From an uncultured archaeon (GTDB lineage: Archaea > Iainarchaeota > Iainarchaeia > Iainarchaeales > CSSED10-239): a stretch of DNA of 20,050 nucleotides. Location: assembly GCA_964496765.1 (NCBI GenBank), contig CAZCAP010000007.1, positions 17,759 through 37,808 of the forward strand. The letters are read 5' to 3'. Made by a program: the position numbers and the translations under genes. Positions 17,375 through 20,050 of the stretch are shown piece after piece (within the stretch, counting starts at the first letter, position 1; each line of letters opens with the position of its first letter). The notes under the pieces were generated by a model. That model saw nothing but the letters and a program-made list of their open reading frames with translations. It searched no databases and was not told the DNA's origin.

Positions 17375-18487
17375 TTATTGTATTGCAATTACTTTTGAAG
17401 TAGTTGCAATAATATTTTGGTCAGCACCTGTTCTTAAATCCACTTTCAATACATATTGCCCTTCAGATAAAGTTAACAGTCCTTTATTGACATCATTTCT
17501 ATCATAACCAATTAGATAATCTGACTGTGACCCATTATACTGGGCAGGAATTGAATGTAAATCAAAAGGTGCATTTATATCTTTATTTACAATGACCCCT
17601 TCTTTTAAAATAGAAACATCAAAATTTGGATTAGATAATTTGAAAAAACCATTATTTTTAATGTTAATTTTAAAAACTATAAGAACACAATCACCTGATT
17701 CTTCAAAACAACGAGGAGTATAATCTATAATAGACAATTCAACAACAGGATTTGGAGTCATTTCTTTTATTACATTAGATTTAGGAATCTGCTCTTGAAA
17801 TAATTTTATATATGATTTAATATCTTCTTTAATTGGGATAATATCAAAGTTAAAAATAGAGTTAAATAAATCTGTTTGGTCACTAGTATAATTATTTAAT
17901 CGAGTTAATTCAGTATTATTTACTGTAACTGTTTGATTTAAAAGTTCTAACTGTGTATCAATATCTTCAACAGATTCTAATTTATTATAAATTGCATTTA
18001 TATTTTCTGAAAAATTATCTGCACTATAAATAAAATCCACAAATTCTTTGTAAATATCCATATTATAATCATTACTTAATTTAGTTACTGCTTTATTCAT
18101 TTGTTCGACTCTAGTTTTTCTAATATCGTAATTTGTGGTGATATCATAAATATCATTGGATTCAAGATTAATTGAAAGCCATGCTGAAAGCATATCTTTA
18201 TACTCTTTCGTTTCTTCTAATTTTAATTTAACACAAGTATTAATATTTTGATTATTTTGTTGTAATTCTTTACATACAAAAAACGTATCACAAGGAACAT
18301 CCAAACAACAATTTTCTTGTGTTTCTCCTTTTTCTAGGATATTATTTCCACAAATTGCTTTAGAACTCGGTTTGGAAAATTTATCTGCATTGCTTAAACT
18401 ATTAAATAAAATAAATAATATAATTCCAACTAAAATTACAGCCCCAACAATTATACCAATCAATTTTAAATTTTTATTTTTAGCCAC
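17375..18487 (-). CDS. membrane-anchored, Cys-rich extracellular protein
   Basis: The N-terminal anchor is LKLIGIIVGAVILVGIILFILF. It is followed by the cysteine cluster CGNNILEKGETQENCCLDVPCDTFFVC...C and a beta-rich-looking C-terminal domain. Confidence 0.6.
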   Translation of the reverse strand: MAKNKNLKLIGIIVGAVILVGIILFILFNSLSNADKFSKPSSKAICGNNILEKGETQENCCLDVPCDTFFVCKELQQNNQNINTCVKLKLEETKEYKDMLSAWLSINLESNDIYDITTNYDIRKTRVEQMNKAVTKLSNDYNMDIYKEFVDFIYSADNFSENINAIYNKLESVEDIDTQLELLNQTVTVNNTELTRLNNYTSDQTDLFNSIFNFDIIPIKEDIKSYIKLFQEQIPKSNVIKEMTPNPVVELSIIDYTPRCFEESGDCVLIVFKINIKNNGFFKLSNPNFDVSILKEGVIVNKDINAPFDLHSIPAQYNGSQSDYLIGYDRNDVNKGLLTLSEGQYVLKVDLRTGADQNIIATTSKVIAIQ

Positions 18488-18599
18488 ATTTACCCCTCAC
18501 TGTATATTATAACTATTTACCATAACATTTTTAACTTAATCCTTAACTTAACTCAGAGCTTGTTATTGGTTATTATATTTCGAAGTCAGTAATAGTATT

Positions 18600-18872
18600 A
18601 TGGATAACAGCCAGCTAATAGCAAAGATACTTAGAAGTAAACTTAAACAAAAAGTATTATTAGAGATAAGTAAAGAAAAGGTTACACAAGCACAGTTATC
18701 CAAAAGATTTAATCTATACAGAAGTCATATTAATGAACTAATTACTGACTTATTAAAATCTAATCTAATTATTTGCCTTAATCCTAAAGATAGGGATTAT
18801 AAATTTTATGAGATAACCAAATTAGGCAAAGATATCTTAGCTTCTGTGGATAAGATAAAGAAAGAATTATAG
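18600..18872 (+). CDS. small winged-helix transcription regulator (ArsR/MarR-like)
   Basis: 90 aa. VTQAQLSKRFNLYRSHINELITDLLKSNLI reads as an HTH and YKFYEITKLGKDIL as a wing. It is divergent from the surface-protein gene. Confidence 0.6.
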   Translation: MDNSQLIAKILRSKLKQKVLLEISKEKVTQAQLSKRFNLYRSHINELITDLLKSNLIICLNPKDRDYKFYEITKLGKDILASVDKIKKEL

Positions 18873-18987
18873 TTTATAGATTAGGACTACCTACTCTCAA
18901 GGAGAGGTCTTCTATCTCCATTATTTGCTTCTTTTTGAGTGTTTATGTTTGTTAACTAATAGGTAATCTACAATTGTCTCTATATAT

Positions 18988-19020
18988 ATTGCGTGTATAT
19001 ATCTTATTGTGTGTATATAT
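18988..19020. repeat. two 15-bp direct repeats ATTG(C/T)GTGTATATAT within a TA-alternating tract
   Basis: 18988..19002 and 19006..19020 differ at one position. (TA)n runs flank them at about 18979..19032. They lie in a 312-bp non-coding gap between convergent gene ends. Confidence 0.7.
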
Positions 19021-19184
19021 TATATATATATTAGACTGTTGATTTATGTTCTCTTATTCTCTAGTTTGTTTACTTTTTCTAAGAGATTACCTTACCCAAT
19101 ATATTAATTACATAAATTACACTATTTGCTAATAGTTAATAGTTGGGCATCTCCTTCTAAGATACACTGCCTTCACAAGCTACA

Positions 19185-19856
19185 CTAATTACTAATAAAA
19201 ATATTCAAATAAGCTATTAACTTCTCTGAATAGAACTTATCTGCTAACATCTGTCTTGAAAGATAATGATTACTACCTACTGAATTAGCAGTTCTGCCTT
19301 GATAATAATCTGCTATTGATTCTGGAACCCCTAATTCAATACATTTAGTATAGAACCACTTTCTACAATATTTTATTGGTATTAATTTCTTTCTTTTTAT
19401 TTCTGCTTCTAAGCTTCCTACAGATAATTGCTTGTGGTCTGTGGACAATCTATTATATACTCCCAAAGGTAGATAACAAAAGTAACTATTCTTATTATGT
19501 CTTAGATAGTTCATAGTAATCTTAGTGAATCCATCTAATTGTTGACACTTCAAGCTATCTATTTTTTCTAAAAGATACTCTCCCTCTACTTTTCTTACTC
19601 CTGATACAAGATACATTAGATATATTAGTTTATTTTTAGTAGTTAGTTTGAATAGGGTTTGTTGTATCTCATTATCTGTTGGAACATAAGTATCTTGCTT
19701 TGATGGATTAGAAAAGTTAAGTAGTTTCTTTATAGGTAAGATATCTGTTTCTGTGACTTTATGTTTCTCTTGTAGATATTTCAATAACAAGGATACAAGA
19801 ATAACTGTATATCTTGTTTCTTTTATCTTACTTATGTTCTTCAGTAGATAATCCAT
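19185..19856 (-). CDS. integrase C-terminal catalytic fragment int(C), tyrosine recombinase (SSV-type)
   Basis: The track ORF is 223 aa from an internal ATG. The frame has no stop upstream, through 19857..19956, through the att repeat and on to the window edge. Candidate catalytic residues are SGVRKVEG (Arg), KYCRKWF (xxR), YQGRTANSVGSNHYL (Arg ... Tyr nucleophile). Confidence 0.8.
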   Translation of the reverse strand: MDYLLKNISKIKETRYTVILVSLLLKYLQEKHKVTETDILPIKKLLNFSNPSKQDTYVPTDNEIQQTLFKLTTKNKLIYLMYLVSGVRKVEGEYLLEKIDSLKCQQLDGFTKITMNYLRHNKNSYFCYLPLGVYNRLSTDHKQLSVGSLEAEIKRKKLIPIKYCRKWFYTKCIELGVPESIADYYQGRTANSVGSNHYLSRQMLADKFYSEKLIAYLNIFISN

Positions 19857-19956
19857 TAGTTCTTGAAAATCATACGTATGTTTTGGGAAAATAAGAGGTA
19901 TTTTGTTGATTAGGTCTCTCTTGTATTGCTTACAGAAGTCTTGGTCGTTAATCCAC

Positions 19957-20045
19957 TGTTTAAAGCCACTTACAGCAAACTGCTGACCAGAATTAGAGAT
20001 GCCTCGAACCAGATTTGGACTGGCGGTCTCCAGATTATGAGTCTG
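19957..20045. repeat. right att repeat, embedded in the intact tRNA-Met gene
   Basis: Identical at 89/89 positions to 10974..11062. It continues at 20046+ into tRNA-like sequence (..AGCGC). Confidence 0.95.
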
Positions 20046-20050
20046 GCGCT
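20000..20050 (-). tRNA. tRNA-Met or Ile2 (anticodon CAU), 3' two-thirds; 5' part lies beyond the window
   Basis: The reverse complement reads AGCG-CCAGA-CTCATAA-TCTGG-AGACC-GCCAG-TCCAAAT-CTGGT-TCGAGGC-A. That gives an anticodon arm with CAT, a 5-nt variable loop, a T arm, the acceptor 3' strand and discriminator A at 20000. It is not initiator-like: there are no three G-C pairs in the anticodon stem. Confidence 0.75.

Larger units (their letters stand above)
10974..20045. mobile_element. integrated element (provirus or integrative plasmid) in tRNA-Met; excised circle predicted at 8,983 bp
   Basis: Perfect 89-bp direct repeats lie at both ends. Split integrase halves abut the repeats. An SF3 replication helicase and regulators lie inside. 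The unique part, 11063..19956, is 8,894 bp; adding one att copy gives 8,983 bp. Confidence 0.85.

Noticed and set aside
18979-19032. Possible CRISPR or tandem-repeat array
   Set aside because: There are only two 15-bp repeats with a 3-bp gap inside a TA-rich tract. There is no repeat-spacer periodicity and there are no cas genes.

Overview
The window is strongly AT-rich and looks archaeal, possibly DPANN-like; that assignment is inference from gene content and from tRNAs without encoded CCA. It splits into two parts.

(1) Positions 1-10973 look like ordinary chromosome. They carry a membrane protein plus a HerA/FtsK-like ATPase pair, an MFS-like transporter, tRNA-Glu(CUC), several small membrane or basic proteins, a low-molecular-weight phosphatase (LMW-PTP/ArsC family), a P-type cation ATPase, a long coiled-coil protein and SfsA.

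(2) Positions 10974-20045 are an integrated mobile element of about 9 kb. Perfect 89-bp direct repeats bound it. Each repeat holds the 3' 46 nt of a tRNA-Met(CAU) gene plus 43 bp of its downstream flank, and the intact tRNA runs off the right edge of the window.

The element's tyrosine recombinase gene is split by its own att site, as in SSV-type partitioning. The N-terminal piece sits at the left end and the catalytic piece at the right end. Both read the att sequence in the same frame, so excision would rebuild a 349-aa integrase.

Cargo and maintenance genes of the element:
- an SF3 (D5/P4-type) helicase
- a GC-rich four-helix-bundle (23S rRNA IVS / Avd-like) gene
- an AlbA_2/Schlafen-core protein
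- a two-TM, membrane-tethered FAN1-like VRR-NUC nuclease fused to a HIRAN domain
- a membrane-anchored Cys-rich surface protein
- a small wHTH regulator
- a 312-bp non-coding stretch with repeats that may be an origin

I consider the nuclease/HIRAN plus AlbA_2 block the best candidate for an undescribed exclusion or defence system. All functional calls come from motifs read by eye; no searches were run.
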